DNA of 64,000 nt from an uncultured Chthoniobacter sp. (GTDB lineage Bacteria > Verrucomicrobiota > Verrucomicrobiia > Chthoniobacterales > UBA6821). This document shows positions 18,187 through 28,167 of the stretch, piece by piece. The notes below the pieces were generated by a model that ran no database searches, had not been told where the DNA came from, and was given only the letters and a program-made list of their open reading frames with translations. Every line of letters begins with the position of its first letter. Positions within the stretch are counted from its first letter, which is position 1. Both the position numbers and the translations under genes were made by a program. The stretch is taken from contig CAYOAN010000002.1 of assembly GCA_964402065.1 (NCBI GenBank), forward strand, positions 89,107-153,106. The letters run 5' to 3'.

Positions 18187-19434
18187 ATGATTCAATTTAA
18201 AAGGTTTCTGTTGGTTTGTTCTCTTTTTACTAGCACGGTGAGCGCGTTCCCTCCTATGTGGCAAGGCGGATACACTCCAATTTCTGACAAAAAGGAAGAA
18301 GACAATTTCTTTGAAACATATGGTGATCTGGGTGCATCAGAACAGACCGCAATGAATCGCAGGCTAGCTGATGCAACGTTGACATCAGATCTTTCAAGTG
18401 AAAGAGCAACTGACAATCCGATGTTAGCAAGAGCGCAACAAGAGTTGTCGTCAAATGTTGATGGCCGTTCAATTCAACAGTTGATTGAAGAGGCTCAGAA
18501 GGCGATACAAAAATGGAACAAGCGTTCTTTAAGGATCATGGAGTTAAGTCCTCAAGATGGAGAAGGGCTCCTGAAAGAAACAACAGGTGACATAGAATAT
18601 TGGCTTGAGCAAGGAAACAAGGCTTCTTTATTGATTGAAAAAAATAAAGCAACAGGCGAGCAAAATACTGAATTGTTAGAGTGTTTAGTTAAAGTAGCTC
18701 GTGAAGCTGTGAATGCAGCGAATGCCGTTGCCAAAGCTTATATACCTACAATTGATCATCAACAAAGCAAGAGCGCTAGTTTAGTTGGTCAACCTCTTAA
18801 CCTGGAGAATGCTAAACAGACAAAAAAAGAGACAAGTTTACGAGGGAAAATCTCCTATCAAGGTGGCATAATAACAGACGATCAACAGGAAGATGAGGTT
18901 CAGAGAATGGGGCTGAGGAAGGGATCTTTTAATACTACTGCCATGAGCATTCCTGCTCTAAATAAACCTATAGAGGCAACGATGCGAGAGGACATATTAG
19001 AGAGCTGGGCACCTGGTGCTGAAATCAGATACGATAAATCAACGGGGAAATATGTGAGCAATAATGTGAGCCCAACAGGTATTCTGCAGACAATTGTCAG
19101 GACACTCTCACGTACTTTAAAAGAGCGTGCTCAATCTCGAGAAGCTGTTAATAAAATTTCTCAGAGCTATGGTCCTGAAAAAGGAGCCCGTTTTCAGCAA
19201 TGTTTTTCTGTTCGTCTTAAAAAGACGATGGGATCACCGTTGACGCCTAGTTTAATAAAAGCAATTGAGTACGATTTAAATCAAGAAGATCAAAGGAGTC
19301 AGGGTGAGAGTGAACTAATAAGCAGTATTCATGAAATCGAAAAATTTTTTGCTGAATGGGAATGGGAGAGAAACACGGCTGAGCGTACGAGAGAGCATCC
19401 CTACAATCGCATTCCAAACAATGGTAGAAAGTAA
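18187..19434 (+). CDS. Secreted hypothetical protein
   Basis: The start MIQFKRFLLVCSLFTSTVSAFPP looks like a Sec signal peptide; the ORF track start at 18145 is also possible. The rest is hydrophilic and helix-rich. A C-terminal module is shared with the ORF at 51000-52331. Confidence 0.6.
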   Translation: MIQFKRFLLVCSLFTSTVSAFPPMWQGGYTPISDKKEEDNFFETYGDLGASEQTAMNRRLADATLTSDLSSERATDNPMLARAQQELSSNVDGRSIQQLIEEAQKAIQKWNKRSLRIMELSPQDGEGLLKETTGDIEYWLEQGNKASLLIEKNKATGEQNTELLECLVKVAREAVNAANAVAKAYIPTIDHQQSKSASLVGQPLNLENAKQTKKETSLRGKISYQGGIITDDQQEDEVQRMGLRKGSFNTTAMSIPALNKPIEATMREDILESWAPGAEIRYDKSTGKYVSNNVSPTGILQTIVRTLSRTLKERAQSREAVNKISQSYGPEKGARFQQCFSVRLKKTMGSPLTPSLIKAIEYDLNQEDQRSQGESELISSIHEIEKFFAEWEWERNTAERTREHPYNRIPNNGRK

Positions 19435-19728
19435 AAATTAATACGTTCACTCAGAATTTGCGATGCCGTAAATTGTAGTAGGAGCAGGCAAGAGAATAAA
19501 GAAGCGCTAATTGAAATCTCGTGGCCAATTGCAGTAAGCAGCTCCTACGGGTGAATGTACGGTCGCTAGTAGTTCAACTTTCGTAGTAACGATACGTGCT
19601 AAAAATTGTTGCAGTAAATAACAACAATAAACTGCGAGCTTGTAGTTCCATGAAGTTCTTCTTTTAAAAGACCAAATGACTTTATTGAGAGTGATTGTTA
19701 TCTCTAAGTATGCTTTTTCTCAAGAGAT

Positions 19729-20640
19729 TCAAACGCCGGAAATCATGGGAACGATTGATGATGAGTCTTTGCCAAGCCATGTTTTAAAACAGAGAGCTCC
19801 CTGTAATTGAAGCATGGAGAAGCCATCAGCTGCATGAGCTCCAGAAGCTCTTGCGGCTTGGATTAGTGGTGACGCTTTTTTCCCATAAACAAGATCGTAG
19901 AGATAATGTCGCGGTTGAAAAAATGTTGAAGGAATAAGTGAAGTAGCATCTTGATCCAAAAATCCTATGGGTGTTGCGTTGACAACGAGATCAACAGCAG
20001 GCATAGCCCGCTGAAGAGAAGCTTTGTCGAGGCCAATAGGTTCTACAAGAAGACCAGGTCTGAGCTGCAAAAGTTGTCTTGTTTGCTGTTGAAGTATATC
20101 AGGGGTGCGGCTAGACAAAAAAAGTTGGCTGCAGCCTTCCATAGCCGCTTGCATTGCTAGTGCGCGACCGGCTCCACCACTAGCTCCCAGCAAGAGGACG
20201 GAGCGATCACGAAGAGAAAAATTCCATTCTTCTTTTAATGCTGCAACAAAACCAGGTCCATCTGTGTTGCTTCCAAAAAACTTCCCATTGCGAATCGCTA
20301 CCGTATTGATTGATCCTAACAAGCGAGCGTGCTCTGTGACTTGATCAACAAGAGAGAGCGCTTCCTGCTTGTGAGGCATGGTTATATTGAATCCAAGGAA
20401 ATGCTTTTTTCGAAGCAGATCAAAGGCAGCTTGAAGTTCCTCGCTCCTTACATCAATAGCAACATAGGACCAGGGAAGATTTAACTGTTTGATTCGTGCA
20501 TTATGAATTTCCGGAGATCTGGAGCCCTTTACAGGCATGCCTAACAGAGCAAGCCGAGGTTGTGGCTCAAGGCGATGTAGTAAAGAGATAGGATCTGCGA
20601 GATCAGCAAAGGAAAAATGAGACACCCCCACTTTTTTCAA
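19729..20640 (-). CDS. aroE: Shikimate dehydrogenase
   Basis: It carries GMPVKGSRSPEIHN, NITMPHKQ and the NAD(P)-binding LLLGASGGAGRA motifs. Confidence 0.8.
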   Translation of the reverse strand: MKKVGVSHFSFADLADPISLLHRLEPQPRLALLGMPVKGSRSPEIHNARIKQLNLPWSYVAIDVRSEELQAAFDLLRKKHFLGFNITMPHKQEALSLVDQVTEHARLLGSINTVAIRNGKFFGSNTDGPGFVAALKEEWNFSLRDRSVLLLGASGGAGRALAMQAAMEGCSQLFLSSRTPDILQQQTRQLLQLRPGLLVEPIGLDKASLQRAMPAVDLVVNATPIGFLDQDATSLIPSTFFQPRHYLYDLVYGKKASPLIQAARASGAHAADGFSMLQLQGALCFKTWLGKDSSSIVPMISGV

Positions 20641-21959
20641 CCTATTTTTTCGATGGCATCACGAAGTCGACTTACTGTTTTGTCGCGACCCAACACTTCA
20701 AACATTTCATAAAGACCAGCGCCAACAGAACGTCCGCTAACGGCAACGCGAGCAGGGTGGATGAGTTCACCAGTCTTAACGCCTAAACTAGTTGCCGTTT
20801 CTTTAAGGCTGGTTTCTATGATAGGTGCAATCCACTCTTCTAAGGTGCTGAATGAGTCAGCAAGCGCTTTCAAGCGATCTCCAGCGCCAGGAGTTCGTAG
20901 TGATTTTTCAACAGCTGCTTCATCGAATGGAAAATCATTAGTAAAAAAGCAACGAACCCACTCAGGAAGGTCTTGAAGCATTTTGACTTTAGGCTTTACG
21001 ATTTTAAGAACTTTTTCGACATAGTTCCAATCGTCACACTGAATACCTGCTTTTTCTAAAATTGGAACGGCAAGCTCTGCATAGCGCCCAAGATCCATAT
21101 GCAGTAAATATTGCCCGTTCATCCAAAAACATTTGTCTTTATCGAAGGAAGCGCTACGACGATTGATTTGGGGAAGATCAAAAAGTTGGATGATTTCTTG
21201 AATATCTAGAATTTCACGATTGTCTTTGGGGGACCAGCCTAACAAGCAAAGGTAGTTGCGAAGCGCTTCTGGAGCATATCCTTCTTCGGGATAAGTGCCG
21301 ACACTCGCACCTTCATCACGCTTGCTCATTTTTGTTCCGTCACGATTCAGGATGAGCGGCATATGTGCAAACTGAGGAGGCTCTGCGCCTAGGGCTCGAT
21401 AGAGTTCCATGTGTTTTGGCGTATTAGAAAGGTGATCTTCGCCGCGGATAACATGGGTGATTTTCATCGTGATATCATCAACAACATTCACAAAATGAAA
21501 AATCCACGAGCCATCAGGACGGCGCAAGGTCATATCAGGATGGGTTCCAGGATTAGTAAGATCAAATTCGATATTGCCGCAGATCAAATCTTTCACGAGT
21601 ACTTTTTCACGAGGTGAGCGAAAGCGAATGGCTCCTTGATCTTCATAGAGATGGCCCGCTTTTTGTAACCGCTCTAAATATTCTTCATAAATCGCATTGC
21701 GCTCGCTTTGGTAGTAAGGACCATAAGAGCCTCCTTTTTGCGGGCCTTCATCCCAGTCGATGCCGAGCCAATGAAGACCTTTGAAAATAATTTCTTCGGC
21801 TTCACGTGTGTTGCGATTGTGATCGGTATCTTCAATACGAAGGACAAAAGTACCAGCGTGCTTTCGAGCGTAAATCCAGTTGAAAAGTGCGGTGCGCGCA
21901 CCTCCAACGTGAAGAAGGCCTGTAGGTGAAGGAGCAAAACGAGTGCGAATAGAAGACAT
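20637..21959 (-). CDS. gltX: Glutamyl-tRNA synthetase
   Basis: MSSIRTRFAPSPTGLLHVGGARTALFNW carries the HIGH-type motif, and KMSKRD is present. It overlaps aroE by 4 nt. The ATG at 21959 is preferred over 21986. Confidence 0.92.
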   Translation of the reverse strand: MSSIRTRFAPSPTGLLHVGGARTALFNWIYARKHAGTFVLRIEDTDHNRNTREAEEIIFKGLHWLGIDWDEGPQKGGSYGPYYQSERNAIYEEYLERLQKAGHLYEDQGAIRFRSPREKVLVKDLICGNIEFDLTNPGTHPDMTLRRPDGSWIFHFVNVVDDITMKITHVIRGEDHLSNTPKHMELYRALGAEPPQFAHMPLILNRDGTKMSKRDEGASVGTYPEEGYAPEALRNYLCLLGWSPKDNREILDIQEIIQLFDLPQINRRSASFDKDKCFWMNGQYLLHMDLGRYAELAVPILEKAGIQCDDWNYVEKVLKIVKPKVKMLQDLPEWVRCFFTNDFPFDEAAVEKSLRTPGAGDRLKALADSFSTLEEWIAPIIETSLKETATSLGVKTGELIHPARVAVSGRSVGAGLYEMFEVLGRDKTVSRLRDAIEKIG

Positions 21960-22048
21960 GGAAAAAATAGGGTGAGAGAGGATCATTGAAGCCGTTTTGG
22001 CTTTTCAATGACATCATTTTTTGATTATCGTCGGCAAATTTTACAAAA

Positions 22049-23041
22049 ATGAATTTAAAAAAACAATACAATGAAACAGATGGGCCGTGGCAGGATGTGT
22101 TGGAGCATTTTTTTCAGCCTTTCGTAGAACTTTGCTTTCCGCACTGGGTTGAAAAGATCAACTGGAATATTCCTTATAAGGTTCTTAAGGGAGAATTTCC
22201 TGCAGATCAAGGAAAGCAGATTTGTGATATGCTTTTTGAAATCGAAATGAAAAACGGGGTGAAGCGTCTTGCGCAATTACATTTTGAAATTCAAGGACAG
22301 AAACAAGACGATTTTGCATTTCGAATGTTAAGCTATAACATGACTATTTATAGAAAACATCGAAAACCTGTCATTAGTACGGCTATTTTTTTAGATGATG
22401 ATCTTTCTTGGAGACCTAGTTCTTTTGAACAAGATGATCCTTTTACTGGAACACCTTATCATCACTTTTCTTTTAATATGCTAAAGATTGTTGATTATAA
22501 AGGTAAAGAAGGGGCGCTAAAAAAAGAAAAAAATATTTTTTCTTTAGTGATCTTAGCTCAACTAGCGATCATGGACGCTCGGGACAATCAGGATCTGAGA
22601 AGGATGCATAAATTAGCTCTTGCCAAAAAACTATTTAATAGCGGCTATAATAAGGAAGATGTTTCCAACTTGTATAAGTTTATTGATTGGCTTATAAAGC
22701 TAAATTCAGAGCATATGAAAACTTTCGAAAAAGAAATTGTAGAAATTGCTGGAAAAGAATCATGGATGGATTGGGATCCAGTTTATGTAAGCACTTTTGA
22801 GCAAGTTGGAATTATGAGGGGTATGGAAAAAGGTATGCAGCAGGGTATGCAGCAGGGCGTAGAGAAGGGTAAGCTTGAAGCCTTGCGATCTACCTTGGAT
22901 CGACAACTAAGGCGCCGTTTTCCGAAAGATATTACAGCGCAGCATCTTTATTTAATCAACAAAGCAGATTTTGAAACGCTTGCACAATGGGCTGAGAACC
23001 TTGTTGTGGCTGATAGTGTTGAGGATATTTTTAAAAGATAA
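22049..23041 (+). CDS. Rpn family recombination-promoting nuclease / putative transposase (PD-(D/E)xK) with a DUF4351-like C-terminus
   Basis: The N-terminal WQDVLEHFFQPFVELCFP...LFEIEMKNG...HFEIQGQKQ pattern is present, followed by a C-terminal helical region ending ...ADFETLAQWAENLV. Confidence 0.7.
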   Translation: MNLKKQYNETDGPWQDVLEHFFQPFVELCFPHWVEKINWNIPYKVLKGEFPADQGKQICDMLFEIEMKNGVKRLAQLHFEIQGQKQDDFAFRMLSYNMTIYRKHRKPVISTAIFLDDDLSWRPSSFEQDDPFTGTPYHHFSFNMLKIVDYKGKEGALKKEKNIFSLVILAQLAIMDARDNQDLRRMHKLALAKKLFNSGYNKEDVSNLYKFIDWLIKLNSEHMKTFEKEIVEIAGKESWMDWDPVYVSTFEQVGIMRGMEKGMQQGMQQGVEKGKLEALRSTLDRQLRRRFPKDITAQHLYLINKADFETLAQWAENLVVADSVEDIFKR

Positions 23042-23077
23042 ATGATCCTCGCTAATAAATTTTAAGAATAAATTTCT

Positions 23078-23530
23078 ATGAACTTGACCGAACAAATTGA
23101 TCACGATCTTAAAGAAGCAATGAAAGCTCGTGATGCTTTCAAACTTGGAACCTTACGCATGCTTAAGTCTGCGTTGAAATATAGTGCTATTGAGCAAGGT
23201 GGAGCTTCTGCAACACTTTCAGATGCGGATGCCATGACTGTTATCCGTAAACAAGTCAAGCAACGAGAGGATGCAATTCTCAGTTTTGAACAGGGTGGTA
23301 GGCCAGAACTTGCAGAAAAAGAGAAATCTGAGATAGCTCTTCTCAAGATTTATCTTCCGCAGCAGCTGTCTGAAGAAGAGCTTCAAGTTCTCGTGAAAGA
23401 AGCAATTGCCGAAGTAGGTGCCACGTCAAAAGCTCAAATGGGAGCTGTCATGAAGGCGTCTCAAGCAAAGGCTGCAGGTCGTGCTGATGGTCGACAGTTG
23501 AGTGCTGTTGTGCAGCAGCTTTTGCAATAG
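23078..23530 (+). CDS. GatB/YqeY domain protein
   Basis: MNLTEQIDHDLKEAMKARDAFKLGTLRMLKSALK is typical of the YqeY family. Confidence 0.85.
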   Translation: MNLTEQIDHDLKEAMKARDAFKLGTLRMLKSALKYSAIEQGGASATLSDADAMTVIRKQVKQREDAILSFEQGGRPELAEKEKSEIALLKIYLPQQLSEEELQVLVKEAIAEVGATSKAQMGAVMKASQAKAAGRADGRQLSAVVQQLLQ

Positions 23531-23532
23531 GC

Positions 23533-24225
23533 ATGTTTTCAAGAGCCGCGATCATTGTCGCAGCAGGATCAAGTCAGCGTTTTGGTCAGGACAAGTTGAT
23601 GAGCCTGGTTCAAGGGCGACCGCTGATCATTTATTCCCTTGAAGCGTTCGCTGGCATTTGTTCAATAGAAGAAGTTGTTCTGGTTGTTGCGCAGGATCGT
23701 AAAGATTCTTTTTTTCAGCTGCTAGAGGAAATGCTTCCTCTAGAGTTGAGAAAGAAAATCAAGATTGTTTCTGGCGGAAAAAATCGTTACGAATCGGTGC
23801 GGCAAGGCCTCCAAGTTCTTCCTTCAAAAATCGAATGGGTTGCAATTCATGATGGGGCACGCCCATTGATTTCTCAACCTATGATTGATCTGGCTTTTGA
23901 AAAAGCCTCCGAACATGGAGCTGCTGCACTAGCTGTTCCCGTTACAGACACGCTTCATCGAGCCTCTGCAGATTTGCTTGCGGAGACAACTGTAAATCGA
24001 GAAAATCTTTGGGCCATGCAAACACCTCAAGTCTTTCGCAAGGTTGATCTCATGTGTTTAGAAAGTCAGGAGAGTCAAAAAGGTCCCACGGATGAAGTTT
24101 CAGCTTTATTACAACATAAAAAAGAAACTTACCTTGTTGAAAATCGAGAGCCTAATATCAAGGTAACTTATCCTTCCGATCTCAAAATAGTTAACGCGCT
24201 CCTGTCAGTCTCTCGCAAGCCATAA
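23533..24225 (+). CDS. ispD: 2-C-methyl-D-erythritol 4-phosphate cytidylyltransferase
   Basis: It has [16 protein letters not shown] at the N-terminus and later AIHDGARPL. Confidence 0.88.
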   Translation: MFSRAAIIVAAGSSQRFGQDKLMSLVQGRPLIIYSLEAFAGICSIEEVVLVVAQDRKDSFFQLLEEMLPLELRKKIKIVSGGKNRYESVRQGLQVLPSKIEWVAIHDGARPLISQPMIDLAFEKASEHGAAALAVPVTDTLHRASADLLAETTVNRENLWAMQTPQVFRKVDLMCLESQESQKGPTDEVSALLQHKKETYLVENREPNIKVTYPSDLKIVNALLSVSRKP

Positions 24226-25075
24226 CAGTGTTTTGCATTAACATGGCAATGGTCATTGGGCCAACTCCTCCAGGAACAGGCGTGATGGCAGTACAGTGTT
24301 CTGCAACACTTTCAAAGTCGACATCACCTACGAGTCGATAGCCTGTTGACAAAGAAGAGTCAGCGATGCGATTGATGCCAACGTCAATAACAACGGCCCC
24401 TTCTCGGATGTGCTCCCTGCCTAATGTGTGTGGCCGTCCGAGTGCTGCAATCACAATATCAGCAGAACGGGTGATTTCAGCAAGGTGGCGAGTGCGAGAG
24501 TGAGCAATGGTTACTGTAGCATCTCCTCCTAATCCTTTTTTCAAGAGGAGTAGAGCCATTGGTTTTCCAACAATAAGGCTTCGCCCAACAATAACAATAT
24601 TAGCCCCGCGTGTTTCAATCCCTTGATTAATCAAGAGATGCTGGCAGCCAAGTGGTGTGCAAGGTACAAAGCCGCTTTCATCATCCATTGCTAGTTTAGC
24701 AACATTAACGGGATGAAACCCGTCAACATCTTTACGAGGATCAATGGCTTGAGTGACAGCTTGCTCATCAATATGAGAAGGTGGTGGCGACTGCACTAGA
24801 ATTCCGTGAATGAGAGGGTTGTGATTTAATTTTTCAATCAGCTGAAGAAGCTCCTTCTGTGTAGTGTTTGAAGGAAGTTCAATTTTTTGAGAAAACATGC
24901 CGAGACGTTGGCAGGCTCGATCTTTGTTTCTTACATAGGCTTGAGATGCGGGGTCTTCACCAATCAGAACAACAGCAAGGCCTGGAACGATGCCTCGTTT
25001 TTTTAAGAGAGCGAGACGTTCTAGGAGGGCTTGTTCTACTTGAGTTGCAATTTTTTTTCCATCAATAATATTCAT
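24191..25075 (-). CDS. folD: Bifunctional methylenetetrahydrofolate dehydrogenase/cyclohydrolase
   Basis: It has [10 protein letters not shown]..., [23 protein letters not shown] and [14 protein letters not shown]. Its 3' end overlaps ispD convergently by 35 nt. Confidence 0.92.
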   Translation of the reverse strand: MNIIDGKKIATQVEQALLERLALLKKRGIVPGLAVVLIGEDPASQAYVRNKDRACQRLGMFSQKIELPSNTTQKELLQLIEKLNHNPLIHGILVQSPPPSHIDEQAVTQAIDPRKDVDGFHPVNVAKLAMDDESGFVPCTPLGCQHLLINQGIETRGANIVIVGRSLIVGKPMALLLLKKGLGGDATVTIAHSRTRHLAEITRSADIVIAALGRPHTLGREHIREGAVVIDVGINRIADSSLSTGYRLVGDVDFESVAEHCTAITPVPGGVGPMTIAMLMQNTVMACERLTGAR

Positions 25076-25727
25076 CAGCGGATTCGGCATTTGTTTTTAA
25101 AAGTTGCTCCAATTTGATTCGTTCAGGCTCTAGATCGGTTAGCGATGGATCAATCGAGATGTAGTTGTCCGCAATCACTGTAATTTTGGAAAAGGGCCAA
25201 GGAATGGCAAAAGAGTCCCAAGTTTTTAAATGCCAAGCGCGGTGATAGCAGGCATGAAGTGGTAAAATAGGGAAGCCTGTTTTTTGAGCTAAAAAAACAA
25301 CGCCAGGACCTAATGAGTATTTTGGGCCACGAGGTCCATCAGGTGTAATAGCAAGATCGTAACCTTTCTCCAATTTTTCAGTCAGTTCTCGCAATGCTGT
25401 TGAACCACGACGCGAGCTAGAGCCGCGTACGGCACCCATTCCAAGGTTGGCCATGACTCCTGCAAGAATGTCTCCGTCTTTACTTGGGCTAGTTAGCACA
25501 ACGACACCACGACGAGAGAGGTGAGGATAGTGTCTCAAAAATGTAACGGCGATGGCTGGAATTCGGTTGTGCCAAAAAGTTATGAGGAGTGGTTCCTTGG
25601 AGGGGGTTGTGAGAAAACCGGATTTATCGATGACTTCTAGGCGAAGTGTGCGGAACAGCAAACGTGCTATCAGTGCTGCAAGTCCTGCAAGAATGCGTTC
25701 GCGATTGACCTTAAGCATGCCACTCAT
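25062..25727 (-). CDS. DUF374 / lysophospholipid acyltransferase-like protein
   Basis: The FWHNRI...[10 protein letters not shown]...[10 protein letters not shown] pattern is typical of DUF374. Confidence 0.75.
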   Translation of the reverse strand: MSGMLKVNRERILAGLAALIARLLFRTLRLEVIDKSGFLTTPSKEPLLITFWHNRIPAIAVTFLRHYPHLSRRGVVVLTSPSKDGDILAGVMANLGMGAVRGSSSRRGSTALRELTEKLEKGYDLAITPDGPRGPKYSLGPGVVFLAQKTGFPILPLHACYHRAWHLKTWDSFAIPWPFSKITVIADNYISIDPSLTDLEPERIKLEQLLKTNAESADEYY

Positions 25728-26290
25728 TGTTCCTGCAAATTATTTTCCATACCCCATCGGCATGCGTTGGGGGCCTCTATTCCCAGTTGATCCAGTATAC
25801 GAAAGACAACTGTATCTGCGAGTTCCTCGAAGGTTTGAGGGTTGCTGTAAAAAGAGGGCATGGCAGGTAAGACAGAAGCCCCTGCTTCCATAACAGTGAC
25901 AATATTGCGAGCTTGGATTAGATTCCATGGCGTTTCACGGACGACAAGGATAAGCTTACGGCGTTCTTTTAAAAAAACATCTGCTGCTCGCAGAATGAGT
26001 GTTTCAGCAGTTCCAGATGCAATGCGTCCAATAGTTCCCATTGAGCAAGGAATAATAATCATCGCATCGAAGAGGGCAGAGCCACTCGCAAAAGGAGCCA
26101 TCATTGATTTATCTTGGTATTGGTGCGCTTCTGGTGGGATGGCTAAGCTTCCTAATTCTTGATGAATTACCTGTTTTGCATAACCACTCATCACAAGATG
26201 AAGGTCGTGACCTTTTCCTTGTAGGTGGTGGAGGAAGCGTTGAAGATAGAGAGCTCCACTCGCTCCAGTAGCAGCAATAACAAGACGCAT
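25724..26290 (-). CDS. ubiX: Flavin prenyltransferase UbiX
   Basis: MRLVIAATGASGALY..., PCSMGTIGRIASG and a size of 188 aa all fit UbiX. Confidence 0.9.
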   Translation of the reverse strand: MRLVIAATGASGALYLQRFLHHLQGKGHDLHLVMSGYAKQVIHQELGSLAIPPEAHQYQDKSMMAPFASGSALFDAMIIIPCSMGTIGRIASGTAETLILRAADVFLKERRKLILVVRETPWNLIQARNIVTVMEAGASVLPAMPSFYSNPQTFEELADTVVFRILDQLGIEAPNACRWGMENNLQEQ

Positions 26291-26334
26291 GGTCAGGAGA
26301 TTATAGGTTGTAGTTTTTAGGTTACAGTAAAAAA
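26291..26334 (-). promoter_or_regulatory. Phased heptad leader element (T-run plus five CTNNNNN units) abutting the ubiX ATG
   Basis: The minus strand reads TTTTTTA CTGTAAC CTAAAAA CTACAAC CTATAAT CTCCTGA CC ATG. It is closely similar to the element at 35504-35546. Confidence 0.4.
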
Positions 26335-26555
26335 GAATTGAATTTCTAAAAAAAGAATAGAGGTTGAATCTGTCTCTTACTTATGAAAAAGAAATAAGTG
26401 AGTTGACAAAGTCGACGCCAACGGCAACAGTGGTGAGGTAAATTTTTAAAAAACCAACGAGAACGACTCTCTTTCTTTTTTTGGAGGGAGAGTCGTTTTT
26501 TTACCTTGCTATCATTCTTAACATCCCTTATTCTTTCGGACCAATTTCTTCGGCT

Positions 26556-26912
26556 ATGACTATTATTGAAACTATCGAACAAGAGCACATGAAAAAAGAC
26601 ACCACTCCTTTTGGAGTTGGAGACAGCGTTCGTGTGCATACGCGTGTTATTGAAGGTGAAAAAGAACGCGTTCAGATTTACGCTGGCATTGTCATCGGCC
26701 GTAAAGGTACAGGAATTAACGAAACATTTACGGTTCGTCGTATTTCTTATGGAGAAGGAGTTGAGCGTGTGTTTCCACTTCACTCTCCTCGTATTGCCAA
26801 AATTGAAGTAGAGAAAAAAGGCGCTGTTCGTCGTGCGAAGTTAAATTATCTCCGTCAGCGTAAAGGCAAATCTGCTACGACTGTTAAAGAGCAACAGCAA
26901 AATCACGCCTAA
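26556..26912 (+). CDS. rplS: 50S ribosomal protein L19
   Basis: [47 protein letters not shown]... is typical of L19. An internal ATG of the track ORF that begins at 26481 was chosen. Confidence 0.93.
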   Translation: MTIIETIEQEHMKKDTTPFGVGDSVRVHTRVIEGEKERVQIYAGIVIGRKGTGINETFTVRRISYGEGVERVFPLHSPRIAKIEVEKKGAVRRAKLNYLRQRKGKSATTVKEQQQNHA

Positions 26913-27049
26913 CTTCTACTAAGACAAGGGACTCAGCTGTTCGTTGATTAACTTGTTGTTGATAAGCTTAGTTTTGAAGCTCTGAGTTTTTTTTGGTTTT
27001 TGCTATCTCTTTAAACTTTCAATAGACGCTGGTAGTGTCTATTTGACCA

Positions 27050-27715
27050 ATGGAAAAGAAATTGTCGCCATTAGCAAAGCAAGCTCCAACATTAGAGCAT
27101 GAGCACGCTCTCTTTTCCAAGGGGATCACTTTGGTTGCCGGTGTTGATGAGGCGGGGCGGGGACCTTTAGCTGGGCCTGTTATTGCTGCTGCTGTTATTT
27201 TACCGAGAGAAATTTCTCCAAAATTGTTACAGCAACTGGAACGACTCAACGATTCCAAAAAATTATCTCCTTCTGTTAGAGAAGGGCTTTTTAAAATTAT
27301 CACTGAGACTTCTGAAATTTCTTGGTCACTAGGAGAAGGGAGTGTTCAAGAAATTGGTGATTTAAATATTTTAAAAGCAACTCATCTTGCGATGAGACGC
27401 GCGGTACTTGCATTAACTCCTGTTCCTGAACATGCGCTTGTAGATGGTCTCCCAGTGCGTGAGTTGCCTGTAGCACAGACGGCACTTGTTGGTGGTGATG
27501 GGCTCTCGATGAGTATTGCAGCTGCAAGCGTCATTGCTAAAGTGACCCGAGATCGTATGATGGAAGCATTGCACAACGAATTTCCACAATATGGATTTTT
27601 GCAACATAAGGGCTATGCTACCGCTGCGCATTTAGCTACACTTCGGCAGCATGGCCCTTGTAAGCATCATCGACGTGGTTTTTCTCCAGTGGATCAAATC
27701 ACTTTTTCATTTTAA
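27050..27715 (+). CDS. rnhB: Ribonuclease HII
   Basis: It has VAGVDEAGRGPLAGPV, LNDSKKLS and GDGLSMSIAAASVIAKVTRD. Confidence 0.9.
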   Translation: MEKKLSPLAKQAPTLEHEHALFSKGITLVAGVDEAGRGPLAGPVIAAAVILPREISPKLLQQLERLNDSKKLSPSVREGLFKIITETSEISWSLGEGSVQEIGDLNILKATHLAMRRAVLALTPVPEHALVDGLPVRELPVAQTALVGGDGLSMSIAAASVIAKVTRDRMMEALHNEFPQYGFLQHKGYATAAHLATLRQHGPCKHHRRGFSPVDQITFSF

Positions 27716-28097
27716 AAAGTATTCATCTCACCTTGCTCTTGGAGCTTGGGGTGAGAGAGTTGCTGCCAAGGAACTAAAGCGCCGCGGTTTTAAAATTCTT
27801 TATCGTAATTACCGTGGACCACATGGAGGAGAAATTGATCTTGTTTGCCGTGATCGAGAGACGCTTGTTTTTATTGAAGTGAAAACGCGCAGTCGTGAAG
27901 CTCATTCACGTCCATTTGATGCCGTCGATCGCAAAAAAAGAAAACTGATTCAACGAGGAGCGCTCGCTTGGTTAAGGCTTTTGGGATTTCCTGATCTTAC
28001 GTTTCGATTTGATGTAGTCGAGGTGATTGCAAGCAAGCAACCAGAAATTCGTGTGATTGAAAATGCATTTTTAATGCCAGCATTTTTTAAATATTGA
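27651..28097 (+). CDS. YraN family (UPF0102) endonuclease-like protein
   Basis: GERVAAKELKRRGFKILYRNYRGPHGGEIDLVCRD..LVFIEVKTR fits the family. The true start is probably downstream of 27651 and may be non-ATG. Confidence 0.75.
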   Translation: MALVSIIDVVFLQWIKSLFHFKKYSSHLALGAWGERVAAKELKRRGFKILYRNYRGPHGGEIDLVCRDRETLVFIEVKTRSREAHSRPFDAVDRKKRKLIQRGALAWLRLLGFPDLTFRFDVVEVIASKQPEIRVIENAFLMPAFFKY

Positions 28098-28167
28098 ATG
28101 AAAGAGTAACAACAAAGAACACAAGAGATAGAAGAGGCTGTTCTTAAGTGTGCGGAGTTTTATCCAT

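Noticed and set aside
26346-26783. A 145-aa minus-strand ORF antisense to rplS and its leader.
   Set aside because: The opposite strand encodes an unmistakable L19. The antisense translation has no recognisable features.
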